The translations under genes were made by a program, and so were the position numbers. This document shows, piece by piece, positions 30,031-40,991 of a stretch of DNA of 59,211 bases; within the stretch, counting starts at the first letter, position 1, and each line of letters opens with the position of its first letter. The notes under the pieces are model-generated. The model worked only from the letters and a program-made list of their open reading frames with translations. It made no database searches and was not told the DNA's origin. This DNA is from a virus (lineage: Duplodnaviria; Caudoviricetes): positions 1-59,211 of IMG/VR virus record IMGVR_UViG_3300030102_004787; one strand, 5' to 3'.

Positions 30031-31956
30031 ATGGCAAAAGAATTTTACGGATATGTTGAAAGAGAACGACCTACCGCTGTAAATTGGTCAGATGTAACTA
30101 AAAAAATAACTGATAAATTAGAAGAGGGAGAGAAAGCTAGGCTGGAAGAAAGAAGTGGAGTAATATCCGCTGCCAAAGAGTTAGAAGAAGGAATAGAAGG
30201 GTTAAAAACTTCAGAAAGAGCATCTCAGCAAGTTTTTGTATCTAATGTAGGGTATTCTCTAGCAAATGCCAATGAGGCCCTGAAAGATCAAATGTTAGAT
30301 AAAGAGATATCTCAAAAGGATTACAACATTGCTTATGCTGATTTAAAAGGGCAATACAATTTATTTAAAAGCTTTAATCAAAATTACAACACCTCATATC
30401 AAAAATATCAAAAAGGTATTCAATCAGGAGATTATCAAGCTGTTAATATGGCTATGGGTGATTTATTGCAAAAGTTTGGTCAGGTTGATAATTTAGAACC
30501 TAAGTTTCAAAATGGAAGATTAGTTTTTCAAAGATACGATATTAGTAATCAACCTGTTGGAGACCCGATGACTATGAAGGATTTAAATGGTTTAATGTTA
30601 TTTGAGCCTGATAAATTTGATGCTACTGCAGAAGTTGCTGATGTAAGTAAAACAATACAGAAAGGAGCTAGTAAAACTAGCCCAGATGGTAAAACAATTA
30701 TTCTTGATCCCTCGGCAAACCCTAATTTTAATAAAGCATTAAAAGATTTGTCTGCTTCTAAATTTGCTGATCAAGGACAAGTAAGAGCTGCTAACTACTT
30801 AGTTCAAGACAATGTAAGTGGTTATAAAAGAGTTTCTTTTGACACTTATGACCCTAACGACACTGAAACTATTTTTATGACAATGAAAGATGGTATAGCA
30901 AGTGTTGTTCCTCAGCAAATTGAAAAAGTAAATGAAGATGCAATATCATCTTTTTCTGAGGCTGTAAGAGGAACACTGCCTTTTGAAAGTGTAGTAAAAA
31001 AAGAAAGTGATAAAACAAGTTTACAGACAGGTGGTGGTAAATTAACTTCTATTGAAAAATCATCCAAAAAAACACTTGATCTTTTAAATCAACTCGTAGG
31101 AAGTTCTGATAAAAAAACAGCTGTTACAGCAGCTAATGCATTGGTCTCTCAAAATAAAAACATAACAGATATTGATTACGTTGAAGACCCTAATAATCCA
31201 GATGAAATATTAGCTTTTCAAATAACTACACCAACAGGAGTCCAAACGGTGGATATAGCTAACATTTCTGGAACTACCAAATCTATGAGGGATGAAAAAG
31301 ACGTAATACAAGACCTATATAATTACTCTGATGCAGTAGGTCAACAGGGGAAATCTGGTGTTGCATTTGATGATGCTTGGAAAATAAGTGGTTTAACATC
31401 TCAAGGTACTGCTTACAAGCCGACAAGAGCTAGGTCATTTTCGCCTGTGCCTGAAAATTATAGTGAAAGTCCAGGCTTTGAATTTAAAGATAGAAAAGGA
31501 GGTTTAACTTCTATATCTGTTTCATCTGATTTAGATTATTGGTCTAAAGACAATACTAATGTTGCTCAATTAGGCTATTCTGGACCTAATAAGTTTAATG
31601 CTACTATGCAAGATTATTGGAGTTCGTTAAATGATTCTAATGGAGTTCCTGATTTCGCTTTTAAAAATATGACTGTTACTACTCCTCAAGGAGGTAATAC
31701 TGCTGTCACTATTACAAATAAGAGAATGCCTATTTCGTTTGTTGTCCCTAAACTAGCAGATGCACAATCAAACGCAGATTTAACAAGCGCACTTAGAGAG
31801 GCTATGTTTTCATTAAAAGATCAAAACCCTGATTTAAAAGGAAAGGATGAGTACAATGATTATTACTATGAGCAAGTAAAATCAATACTGGAAACAAAAA
31901 ATAAAAATGCATTTCAAGAGTGGGCTAGATTAAATGCTAACTTAGATAAACAATAA
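30031..31956 (+). CDS. Putative internal virion / ejection protein
   Basis: 641 aa; second of the typical podoviral three-gene set. Confidence 0.55.
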   Translation: MAKEFYGYVERERPTAVNWSDVTKKITDKLEEGEKARLEERSGVISAAKELEEGIEGLKTSERASQQVFVSNVGYSLANANEALKDQMLDKEISQKDYNIAYADLKGQYNLFKSFNQNYNTSYQKYQKGIQSGDYQAVNMAMGDLLQKFGQVDNLEPKFQNGRLVFQRYDISNQPVGDPMTMKDLNGLMLFEPDKFDATAEVADVSKTIQKGASKTSPDGKTIILDPSANPNFNKALKDLSASKFADQGQVRAANYLVQDNVSGYKRVSFDTYDPNDTETIFMTMKDGIASVVPQQIEKVNEDAISSFSEAVRGTLPFESVVKKESDKTSLQTGGGKLTSIEKSSKKTLDLLNQLVGSSDKKTAVTAANALVSQNKNITDIDYVEDPNNPDEILAFQITTPTGVQTVDIANISGTTKSMRDEKDVIQDLYNYSDAVGQQGKSGVAFDDAWKISGLTSQGTAYKPTRARSFSPVPENYSESPGFEFKDRKGGLTSISVSSDLDYWSKDNTNVAQLGYSGPNKFNATMQDYWSSLNDSNGVPDFAFKNMTVTTPQGGNTAVTITNKRMPISFVVPKLADAQSNADLTSALREAMFSLKDQNPDLKGKDEYNDYYYEQVKSILETKNKNAFQEWARLNANLDKQ

Positions 31957-31957
31957 G

Positions 31958-34900
31958 ATGAGTAATCAAGAAATATACGAAGAATTAAAAAGTATTGGAG
32001 TTCTTAAAGACAAGACCTTTAATAAGTTTCAAGAAGATATGAAAGATGAATCTTATAAATCAAAGGTTCAAGATGTGTTAGGTGTTGATCTTCAAAAAAA
32101 AAAAGACTCAACTTCCATTTCTCCAGAGGAAAGTATGGAATCCACTACCGTGGAAAATCAAGCTCCTATCTCATCGGAGTCTTCTCAAACTCAAGTAACA
32201 GAAAAGGTTGAACAGCAATCATCTGAAGTAGAACAACCTACTGAAGATGATGATAGTGAACCCAAAACTCCTCCCACTTCAACAACGGAAGTAGATGATT
32301 CTTGGAAGGTAAAGTACAAAGAAATTACAGGTCTAAACCCTGATGAAGAGGGTGTTACTTACGAGCAAGCAAAACAAGGTTTTATTCCAAATAATCCTAC
32401 TAGCGTAAAGTTTAGAGGGCAAAACTTTAAAACAGGGTCTATTAGTTGGAACAGCCAATCATTAGGGCAAAAGTTAAGCAGCAGGAGATACGCTAAAAAA
32501 TATGGCGTTGAAGATTTGTTTGGTAAAAATGGTATATACTGGGAGAAAGGATATAATGATGCCAAAGCTTCGTTAGAGTTAGAAATGCCTGAGTTTGAAC
32601 CAGAAAAAGAAGTGGTTGAGGCTGAGGTTATTGACTCTTCAACTATGCTTGATGAAGTTGAAGTAACAACTGTATCTTTAGAAGAAGCAACTCAACCAAC
32701 TGATTTTGAAAAATTAGATGATGACTCTAAAGATTTAGTGGTTTCTAATATTACTACATCCAACCCTGATTTGGATCCTGAAAAAATAGAAGTAGTATCC
32801 GTTGAAAAATATACTCAAGAAACAAAACCCGTTGAAGTAGCTGATGAACTTATTGATGAAATTGATGTAGTTTCTGGTGAGCAAAAAACTAAAGCTCAAA
32901 AAATACAGGAGTTAGAAGGTGAGATTCAAAAAATAGAAGAAGACAATAAAGCTGCTGAAGAATTACCTGCAAATTTAGAAGATCAAAAAAAGCAAACGCT
33001 TCAAGTCAATAAAGAATTAAAACAGCAAAAAGAGGATCAGATTTCAGAATTGAAACAAGATGTGGCTCGACAAGAAACCACTAGTGAGTACAAGGCTAAA
33101 ATAATTTATGATGGCAAAGAGATGGAGGTTAATGCTGGTACTACCACTACTCTTCCTGAGTTTGAGGTGGTTGCTCCATCAAAAGAAACTGAGAAAGTTT
33201 TTGAAAAACAAGAAGAACAATTTCAAGAAAGCCAATATAATATATTAGCTGATGAGGTTGCATCTAAAATAGGAAAGTATTCCACTGGAGAAGAATCAGA
33301 TCTTCCAAGCAAACAAAGAGTAAAAGCCAAAATAAAAGAGATAGTTTCCTTACAAGACTCTCCTTATGATCCTCCTGTAGAAATATTAGATAACGAAGGA
33401 ATTGGAAGGGAAGTAATCACAAGTGAAGAAGAATATAGTGAGAGATTTATTAATGATGTCTTTAATGAATATGGTATAGAAGCATCACAAGATGAAGAAA
33501 TTATTCCTGGTGTAGATAGGATTAAACTTAGAGCTGTTGATGAAAATGGAAATGTTACTGCTGAAACAACTATAGATTTAGATATAGCTCGAACAGATTT
33601 AGATTTAGATTTAAAACCAATTACTGGAGGAGGAGAAGGTGATTTAGCTATACAGATACTTGATCCTGAAGAGCAAAGAAAAAAAATTCAAGCAGAAAGA
33701 AAAAAGTTAAAAAACTTTATAAAAGAAAACGCTAGGCCAAAGAAAGTAGAAACAGAAAAAGACGTGAAACTTTCTGATCCTGCCGAACTTAATGCAGCCA
33801 GAAAAGAAAGAAATGAACTTTTAGTTGAATTACAAAAAGTTAAAAACGCTACTATTGAATCAATGTTAGAAGCTGCTATGGAAGTGGATGAGCTTCTAGA
33901 TATACTTTCAGATGAAGACAGTACGTTTGAAGAAGTTCAACAAGCACAAGAAGAATATTCTATTGCAACAAAAAAACTTTCTGATCTAAGAGATGATATT
34001 ATAGTAAAGATTAGAGTTATTGATGAATTAAATGATTTAATAATTGAATCTGAAACAGAATCCTACAAAAACATAAAAGAGTTTGGTGTTCCCGAAGGAG
34101 ATGTTGACTATAGTTTATGGTCTTACTCTTGGGATATATTTTTAAATTCATTTAAGGACAGTATATTCGGAACATTTCAAGCGGCTTTAGAATTACTTAG
34201 ATTGCCATTCGGTGGTTTAAGTAAAAAAGACAGAGAGTTTTTAAGAGATGATTTTGATAATTTATTCTCTGGATTAGATGCTGATATAACAGATCTTGAA
34301 AAAGCTAAAGCAAATTACAATGCTGGATGGTGGCAAAAGTTTGGAACAGTATTATTAGAGTTATTAGGTAATGCTGCTGCCGCTTTAACACTTGGAGGTG
34401 GTTCTGGGTCTGTAGGTTCTGTGTTAATGAAATTATTACCTGTTGAGTCAGCAGGTATGGTGTATGAAAGAACATCTCAAAGAATGGATGAAGATCCTAT
34501 TTTTGATAAAATACCAGAGTGGCAAAAGACTTTATTAAAAGATTCCATTGCTTTAGTTATTTACTTTTTAGACAAACTGGGTCTTAAATTATCTGTTGGT
34601 CAACTAAATAGAATATTAATACGTTTAATTGAAGAGTATTCTAAAAAAGCTTCTAAATCTTCTTCAAAGGGTGGTTTTATAAAATATGTTATTGATCAGT
34701 TAGCTGACCCAAACAAAGTAGTTAGATTAGTTGAAAAATCAGCTATAGCTGGATCAGGAGAGGGAAGTACCGAGATAATGCAGGGACTTGGTGAAAAAGC
34801 TTTGAAAGATTTATTTAACCTTACTCAAGATGAAGATGTTTTTAAACCATCTGAAGTGATAGTAGGTAATGAAGATTTAATTGCTCAGTCAATGGAGGAG

Positions 34901-37900
34901 GGGAGTTTAGGTTTTGCCGCAGGAGCATTGCTTGGTCCTTTAGCTCCAGGGGATATAAATGCTTTGAATGACGAAGATATTTCTAGAGCTATCATCACAT
35001 TAGACAAAAACAGTAATGAAAATCTAATTGCTAATCTAAAAGTTAAAATAGCAGAAGGTAAAATGACTGCTGATGACGCTAGTGCTATTATAAATTTTAA
35101 CGAGCAAGTACAGCAGATTGTAAATAAATACAAGGATTTGCCAGATCTTACAAAAGATGAACTTTTTGAATTAGTAAAAAAAGATGCTTTACTGCAAGAC
35201 TTAGAACAGCAATTTAATCAGGGTGGTACTGTTGCTCAAAAAATATTAGGACCCAGGATAGACAAGTTAAAAGCAGAGATGGATGCTATAGCAGAAAATG
35301 CTGTTAAGAGATCGGAGGGAAAACAAATTGAAGAAGCTGAAATAACCCCTGAACCTGAAATAGTGACGGAGCCTGCTCCTGAACCAACTGAGGAAAATGA
35401 TATTATTGAAGCAAGGAAGATTGCTTCGTTTGCTATATCTAGAGATAACAATTTAACATTAGAAGAGCTCAGTCAGGTTGCTGAGTTAATGCCCGATTTA
35501 GATATTGACATTAGTACAGACAGAGATATTAAAGCAGATGAATTACTAACTAAAATTAATGATTATGCCGTACAAAGGGAAACAGCTGATAGCGTGCAAG
35601 ATACAAGAGAAGAAGGACCTGAAAGCAGGCCGGAAGGTGAGATGGAAGTGCCACAGCAACAAGAAGAAGTCCAAGATGAAAAGCAGGTAGATGAAGATAA
35701 ACCTGAAGATGAAGGGCCAGATGAACCACAAATAGAAGTAGCTGGAGTTACATTAGAAGATGTTAAAAGAATATTAGGTGAAGACCCATCTACTGAAGAC
35801 GTGTTCTTTGAAGGTAAAGGAATTAAAAATAAGATAACTAAAATAAAGAGACACGTTTTCTCTAGAAGAAAATTCTTGCCTAAAATCTGGAGTAACTTAG
35901 TAGATCAACGAGACAATCAACAAGCAGCTGATTTGTTTAGAGCTGAGAAATTACTACAGCGATATAATGACAAACTAAAGAAACTACCTAAATCTCAACA
36001 AGAAGTTATTAACAAAATAGGTGGTTTATATTTATCTGGTGGTTTACCTAAATCATTTTTAGATGGTGAAATATCTAGAGATGAAGCCATTACTGAAGTG
36101 GAAAATCAAATTGCTGATTTAAACTTACAGTTAGAACAAACCGATAATGAGTCAGAACAAAGAAAGATTAAAGATCAAATAAACAACGGTATTGACTTCT
36201 TGTTTTTTTTATCAGATATGGATGCAGCTTTGAGTGAAGAGGGGGGTCAGCTAGTTCCCGATGATGTTATTGATATTATAACAGAAATGAGGGATATGAT
36301 AGATGATTTTTCTAAAAGCTTGATATCTGATCCAGATGTAGAAATATCCGAAAACAAAGCTCAGACCATAGAAGAAAATCTTGGAGAGTATGTTAATAGA
36401 AATTATCAAGTTTATAATGATGCTGATTGGAAAAACAAAGTTAGTGAAGAAGTAAAACAAAATGCAGAGAAGTTTTTCTTTGATCAGTATATGAAGTCTT
36501 TCAATCAACAGCAGGAAATGTTGGAGATAGGTCCAGAAGGAGGAACTTTTACGGATCCTATTACTGGTGAAAAAGTAACTGTAAAAGCGGAATCAAAGGA
36601 AGAATTAGAAAACAAACTTAGAAAAAGAGCTAAGAATAAAGTAATATCTATTTTAAGTAAAGAAGGTGCTACTCAAGTCTTAACAATATCTGACAGTAAA
36701 GGCATATTAAAAGAAAGAAAAGACATTCCAATTGAAATAAGAATGTTGATGGGAGAGTATGGTGATACAGGAAGTAAGTTTGTAACTACGGTAACTAAAC
36801 AATCATCTGTATTAAGAAATGCTCAAATGAGAGGTCGTTTTATAAAAACGGGTCTTGATAATGGTTTTATATTTAAAACAGAAGAAGAAGCTTTAGATAA
36901 TAGTGAGGGCGATCAACAATATAATGCTAAAATAACAATAGGAGATAAAACATATTACACTGCTCCTAGTGTGGCATCTGCTTATAACCAAATGAATAAT
37001 GCACAAAAGTCTTATGACTTTTTAATAAACACTTGGTTAAAGGCAGCTTCAGCAGTAAAGTGGGGAAAAACTATTGGTTCTCCAGCTACTCAAAGTGTAA
37101 ACTTTTTATCTAACACAGGTTTTGCGGCTGTGAATGGTCATTTACTTGCACCAGGTGCTGGTAAAGAAGCTAGACAAACATCGCTTTCAGAGTTGTTTAG
37201 TTTTTGGACAGACCCGAATACAAAAAAAGAACAGCAGGAGAAATACGCTAGATATATAGAACTCGGTATAGTAAATCAAAACGTTGGTTTAAATGACATA
37301 AAAGAGTTTGCAAAAAGAGGTGAAGAGAAATGGCTTGAAGACCAATTAAAAACTAATTCTAGTTGGAGGCAAGCTTTTCAATGGGCTGGTAAAGGAGCTG
37401 AAAAGTTATATGAAACAGGAGATAACTTTTGGAAAATAAAAGGGTTTGAAGTAGAGAAAAACAGATATGCTGATGCTTTATATGGAAAACCTTTTGAAGA
37501 GTTGACAGAAGCTGAGAAAAAAGATGTAGAAGAAAGGGCAGCTGAGATAATTAAAAATGTATATCCTAATTACTCTAAATTACCAGAGTATGTAAATGAA
37601 AAAAGAAGATCATCTCTTGGTCCTGCGTTTAGTTCTTTTATTGCTTTTCAGTATGAGTCTTATCGAACTATGTTTGAAACTTTGGCTTTAGCTAAAGAAG
37701 AAATGAAAAACCCGAAGTTAAGAGGAGTAGCTGGTAGAAGAATTGCTGGGGCATTAAGTTACTATGCTGCCAAACAGACTATTCTTGGAACATTAGCCTC
37801 TTCAGCTGGTTTTGCAATAGGAGGTTTAGCAGGAACATTAACGGGTGTTGATGATGAAGAGTCAGAAGAGTTATCTAAATTAAGAGATAGATACTTGCCA

Positions 37901-39109
37901 GAGTGGAGTAAAGGAAAAGGGTCTGCTATATTTACCATAAAAAATCAAGATGGAACATATAGTTATATTGATTTATCACAAATGGATCCTCATCAAAACA
38001 TTGAAAAAATAAGTATGGCATTTACTGAATCAGAAAACATAGCTGATTTTATGATTAAAGTTGTAAGTGAAGGTCTTATAAAGCCTTTTGCATCTGGAGA
38101 TATTGTGGCTCAATGGGCATCTGATTTAGCAACAAATAAAGACTTTTTAATATACAATCCTACTGATCCATTTCAAGTCATATTGAGTGATGTTCTATCT
38201 TATACCAGCAAAAAATTAGCACCTGGTATTTATTCAACTGCTGAAAAATTAATGAAAGATCCAGGGAAAGGCTTGCTTTCTTTCTCAGGAGCTAGGCCCT
38301 ATGATATAGATATACCTAGAGCATTTAATCGTAAGGTTCAGGCATTAAGATACGGAGATATAGAATATTTAATAAAAGATGGGTTAAATGATGCGATCAG
38401 AGATTATGCGAGAGATGCTAAAGTAGATTTAAAATTTTTAGATGAAAATTTTGATCAGCGATCTCAGACTCCTTTAAGTTTGGAAGGGGAAGAAATAGAT
38501 GTAATGTTAGATCCATTAACTAAGTCTATTTTTGGGGGTCTTACTTTGAGTGAATATTATGATAAGCAAAACGAAAGATATAAAGAATACATTAATGAAG
38601 CTCACTTAGATTATAAAGCTGCTATAGAAGTTTATGGTATGGACGAAAAAGATCTTCAAAAGATTATGAAAGATGAAGGTATGAGAGACGAAGAGATACT
38701 TCAAATTATGAATAACACACCCAAGGATATTGAAACTAAATATGGAAAGCTTATAAAAGCTGAAAAGATAGCAAGTCTTAAAAGAAAAATTCAAAAAGAC
38801 AAAGAAAAATTAAAAGCTGGTGGAATGTCTATTCAATCAACGAATAAGTTAAAGGATCAAATTGAGCAGAACGAAAGAAGATTTGATGTGATGACAGGAA
38901 AAACGCAGAAGGAAAACTTAAAAGAAAGACTTTCTCAAAGACCTGATCTTAGAATAAATGAAAACGATTCTCAAGAAGTTAAAGCGGAGAAGAGAAGAAA
39001 GTTAAATGAAGAGATTGAAAAAAGAATGCAGATAGGTTATTCTCAAGAAGGTTTGTATCCAAAGATAAAACAATTTAATGGTGTAGTGGATATGTTACTT
39101 CAGGAATGA
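31958..39109 (+). CDS. Giant (2383 aa) putative ejection protein
   Basis: Acidic helical N-terminal half with Gly/Ala-rich hydrophobic segments; last gene of the virion arm. Confidence 0.6.
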   Translation: MSNQEIYEELKSIGVLKDKTFNKFQEDMKDESYKSKVQDVLGVDLQKKKDSTSISPEESMESTTVENQAPISSESSQTQVTEKVEQQSSEVEQPTEDDDSEPKTPPTSTTEVDDSWKVKYKEITGLNPDEEGVTYEQAKQGFIPNNPTSVKFRGQNFKTGSISWNSQSLGQKLSSRRYAKKYGVEDLFGKNGIYWEKGYNDAKASLELEMPEFEPEKEVVEAEVIDSSTMLDEVEVTTVSLEEATQPTDFEKLDDDSKDLVVSNITTSNPDLDPEKIEVVSVEKYTQETKPVEVADELIDEIDVVSGEQKTKAQKIQELEGEIQKIEEDNKAAEELPANLEDQKKQTLQVNKELKQQKEDQISELKQDVARQETTSEYKAKIIYDGKEMEVNAGTTTTLPEFEVVAPSKETEKVFEKQEEQFQESQYNILADEVASKIGKYSTGEESDLPSKQRVKAKIKEIVSLQDSPYDPPVEILDNEGIGREVITSEEEYSERFINDVFNEYGIEASQDEEIIPGVDRIKLRAVDENGNVTAETTIDLDIARTDLDLDLKPITGGGEGDLAIQILDPEEQRKKIQAERKKLKNFIKENARPKKVETEKDVKLSDPAELNAARKERNELLVELQKVKNATIESMLEAAMEVDELLDILSDEDSTFEEVQQAQEEYSIATKKLSDLRDDIIVKIRVIDELNDLIIESETESYKNIKEFGVPEGDVDYSLWSYSWDIFLNSFKDSIFGTFQAALELLRLPFGGLSKKDREFLRDDFDNLFSGLDADITDLEKAKANYNAGWWQKFGTVLLELLGNAAAALTLGGGSGSVGSVLMKLLPVESAGMVYERTSQRMDEDPIFDKIPEWQKTLLKDSIALVIYFLDKLGLKLSVGQLNRILIRLIEEYSKKASKSSSKGGFIKYVIDQLADPNKVVRLVEKSAIAGSGEGSTEIMQGLGEKALKDLFNLTQDEDVFKPSEVIVGNEDLIAQSMEEGSLGFAAGALLGPLAPGDINALNDEDISRAIITLDKNSNENLIANLKVKIAEGKMTADDASAIINFNEQVQQIVNKYKDLPDLTKDELFELVKKDALLQDLEQQFNQGGTVAQKILGPRIDKLKAEMDAIAENAVKRSEGKQIEEAEITPEPEIVTEPAPEPTEENDIIEARKIASFAISRDNNLTLEELSQVAELMPDLDIDISTDRDIKADELLTKINDYAVQRETADSVQDTREEGPESRPEGEMEVPQQQEEVQDEKQVDEDKPEDEGPDEPQIEVAGVTLEDVKRILGEDPSTEDVFFEGKGIKNKITKIKRHVFSRRKFLPKIWSNLVDQRDNQQAADLFRAEKLLQRYNDKLKKLPKSQQEVINKIGGLYLSGGLPKSFLDGEISRDEAITEVENQIADLNLQLEQTDNESEQRKIKDQINNGIDFLFFLSDMDAALSEEGGQLVPDDVIDIITEMRDMIDDFSKSLISDPDVEISENKAQTIEENLGEYVNRNYQVYNDADWKNKVSEEVKQNAEKFFFDQYMKSFNQQQEMLEIGPEGGTFTDPITGEKVTVKAESKEELENKLRKRAKNKVISILSKEGATQVLTISDSKGILKERKDIPIEIRMLMGEYGDTGSKFVTTVTKQSSVLRNAQMRGRFIKTGLDNGFIFKTEEEALDNSEGDQQYNAKITIGDKTYYTAPSVASAYNQMNNAQKSYDFLINTWLKAASAVKWGKTIGSPATQSVNFLSNTGFAAVNGHLLAPGAGKEARQTSLSELFSFWTDPNTKKEQQEKYARYIELGIVNQNVGLNDIKEFAKRGEEKWLEDQLKTNSSWRQAFQWAGKGAEKLYETGDNFWKIKGFEVEKNRYADALYGKPFEELTEAEKKDVEERAAEIIKNVYPNYSKLPEYVNEKRRSSLGPAFSSFIAFQYESYRTMFETLALAKEEMKNPKLRGVAGRRIAGALSYYAAKQTILGTLASSAGFAIGGLAGTLTGVDDEESEELSKLRDRYLPEWSKGKGSAIFTIKNQDGTYSYIDLSQMDPHQNIEKISMAFTESENIADFMIKVVSEGLIKPFASGDIVAQWASDLATNKDFLIYNPTDPFQVILSDVLSYTSKKLAPGIYSTAEKLMKDPGKGLLSFSGARPYDIDIPRAFNRKVQALRYGDIEYLIKDGLNDAIRDYARDAKVDLKFLDENFDQRSQTPLSLEGEEIDVMLDPLTKSIFGGLTLSEYYDKQNERYKEYINEAHLDYKAAIEVYGMDEKDLQKIMKDEGMRDEEILQIMNNTPKDIETKYGKLIKAEKIASLKRKIQKDKEKLKAGGMSIQSTNKLKDQIEQNERRFDVMTGKTQKENLKERLSQRPDLRINENDSQEVKAEKRRKLNEEIEKRMQIGYSQEGLYPKIKQFNGVVDMLLQE

Positions 39110-39474
39110 AGCTCCATATGACATCTAGAACAAAGTACATCACATTTATCTATCTCATCTTTTAGACGCTGTATAGACATACCACTGTGTACTCCGTTGC
39201 TTACAGCAAACTCTTTATTATCTTCTCTATGATGAAACTCTAAAGCTTTAACACTAAAAGTTGAATGTGTTTCTTTAGAATAACCACATTTCTGACAAGA
39301 TAATTTTTCTTTATAATTTACTAGCCAATCTTTATTTCGATATCGTAAATAGTTTTTAACCTTTCCATAACAAGTTTTGCATTTTCTCCTGTAATGTTTT
39401 TTGCCATTTTTAATTCCTGCGGACCAATAATGATCGTCTGGCAAATTTTTATTACAGGTATTGCAAACCTTCAT
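39100..39474 (-). CDS. HNH endonuclease with Zn-finger N-terminus
   Basis: CxxC pairs, LEFHH, CDVLCSRCHMELH. Confidence 0.8.
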   Translation of the reverse strand: MKVCNTCNKNLPDDHYWSAGIKNGKKHYRRKCKTCYGKVKNYLRYRNKDWLVNYKEKLSCQKCGYSKETHSTFSVKALEFHHREDNKEFAVSNGVHSGMSIQRLKDEIDKCDVLCSRCHMELHS

Positions 39475-39623
39475 TCCTTTATGTCTCTAGCTAATTTAAT
39501 TAACCTATCACAGTGTTTATTAACTTCACCTTGTTGTTGATCCATAAGGTCCTCATAGATCGCATCAGTACAATCGTTGATCTGTTTCATCACGAAGTTA
39601 ACATAGGTTACGTGCTGGTCCAT
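39471..39623 (-). CDS. Hypothetical protein (50 aa)
   Basis: Manual translation MDQHVTYVNFVMKQINDCTDAIYEDLMD...; fills the gap, ATGA overlap. Confidence 0.65.
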   Translation of the reverse strand: MDQHVTYVNFVMKQINDCTDAIYEDLMDQQQGEVNKHCDRLIKLARDIKE

Positions 39624-39624
39624 T

Positions 39625-39867
39625 TTACTTATCCATAGCCTGTAAAAAACTTTCTCCCATTGAATAGTCTATAGATTTGATAGACTTGTAAATATTGCGA
39701 GACTTCTTTTTTACATTCTCCTTGTCTGTTTTGGTAGAGTCTTTACCTAGATGAGCATATAAATTGCAATCAATTCTTAGCATCTCGTCAATCTTTTCTC
39801 GATCAGACCAGCTTGAAAAGTTTATAATTTTTTCTATGTCATCGTAGTTGTATGGCAAATCTCTCAT
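39625..39867 (-). CDS. Hypothetical protein
   Basis: 80 aa, tightly packed. Confidence 0.7.
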   Translation of the reverse strand: MRDLPYNYDDIEKIINFSSWSDREKIDEMLRIDCNLYAHLGKDSTKTDKENVKKKSRNIYKSIKSIDYSMGESFLQAMDK

Positions 39868-40241
39868 TTTTGTAGTTGTAATTTTAATAATTTATTTTCT
39901 TTTATCAAACTTTTTGTTATTCTTTTTAACTCTAAATAAGTTAATTCATCTAAATTTTCTTCATCAACTGTTAATAAATCTAATAAATCTTGATAATTTT
40001 TTTGAACATTAGCATCATATGTCAGTAAATTTTCTATAGTTTTTTTAGAATGTATAACTGTTGCGTGATTTTTATTAATAATATTTCCTATTTCTTGATA
40101 GGTTAAATTTTTTAAAGTGTCTTTGGTTATTTTTATAAAAAAAGCTCTTGCCTCTATGTACTTTGCTTTTCTGCATTTTTCCTCAAGATTGAGACCGTAT
40201 AACTCTTCTATCGTTTGTTTTATTATATTTAATTGATTCAT
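39864..40241 (-). CDS. DnaA C-terminal (domain IV)-like HTH protein
   Basis: R...EAR...LTYQEIGNIINKNHATVIHS resembles the DnaA signature SL..IG..F.RDHTTV.HA. Confidence 0.75.
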   Translation of the reverse strand: MNQLNIIKQTIEELYGLNLEEKCRKAKYIEARAFFIKITKDTLKNLTYQEIGNIINKNHATVIHSKKTIENLLTYDANVQKNYQDLLDLLTVDEENLDELTYLELKRITKSLIKENKLLKLQLQK

Positions 40242-40614
40242 TTAAGTATTTTTTTTTGTTTATTAAATCTAAGTACCTATCGCAATCTACTTCTTTGATA
40301 TCTATTAACGCTACTAACGGTTGTTTTTCAGTAAATAATGTTTCTACTTCTAGCTCAAAGAACGTAGGTATTTTTTGTGTATGTACTACACCACCATAAT
40401 TTTCAACTGTATATAAATCTTCTTGTAATGCAATTTTTAAATCATCGTGACCATCAATTATTTTATGATTTGGTTTTATTTGGTGAACAGTCTGGTTTAT
40501 TAGTTCAGCTATCTTTAAAGAAACATCAAGATCAAAATCAGTCTGTAGCTTATTCATAAAGTAGTCTTCTACTTCATAAATCATCTCCTCTGTATACTTC
40601 TGTTTTAAATCCAT
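40183..40614 (-). CDS. Hypothetical protein
   Basis: 143 aa ORF in the replication operon. Confidence 0.6.
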   Translation of the reverse strand: MDLKQKYTEEMIYEVEDYFMNKLQTDFDLDVSLKIAELINQTVHQIKPNHKIIDGHDDLKIALQEDLYTVENYGGVVHTQKIPTFFELEVETLFTEKQPLVALIDIKEVDCDRYLDLINKKKYLNESIKYNKTNDRRVIRSQS

Positions 40615-40822
40615 AACTTTTTAGTTCTTTAATTCTATACTTCTGCAAACCTGACAAATCTTTCCCTGGTCTTTTTATTTCAGAGAATAAAACGTCAGCT
40701 CCTTTTGGAATAGCAAGTAAGTCAGGTATTCCGTTCTTGTTAGTTAATTTTAATTTAATTACGTAATAGCCTTGCTCCTCTAGTTCTTTGATTCTTTTGC
40801 CTTGAATTTTAGACTCGCTCAT
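40574..40822 (-). CDS. VRR-NUC family endonuclease
   Basis: ESKIQ...GIPDLL...FSEIKRPG..LSGLQ. Confidence 0.85.
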   Translation of the reverse strand: MSESKIQGKRIKELEEQGYYVIKLKLTNKNGIPDLLAIPKGADVLFSEIKRPGKDLSGLQKYRIKELKSYGFKTEVYRGDDL

Positions 40823-40832
40823 CAAAACAAAG

Positions 40833-40991
40833 TTATGAAATTTGTAAGAATCTTTTTCTTATTTCAGCCCCTAAATCAGCATCGTTTGGATACATTTTAC
40901 ACAACTCTTTGATAGACAGTTTCTTAGCTTTTGGATTACTGTACTCACAGTCTTTTGTCTGTCGATACTCGTTGAGTGTTCTTTTTTTCAT
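40833..40991 (-). CDS. Hypothetical protein (52 aa)
   Basis: Manual translation MKKRTLNEYRQ...YPNDADLGAEIRK. Confidence 0.6.
   Translation of the reverse strand: MKKRTLNEYRQTKDCEYSNPKAKKLSIKELCKMYPNDADLGAEIRKRFLQIS

Noticed and set aside
35489-35512. MPDLDID resembling the DnaE PDxDxD or RNA polymerase DxDxD catalytic motif
   Set aside because: It sits in a short segment between acidic low-complexity linkers, with no other polymerase motifs visible; probably chance.
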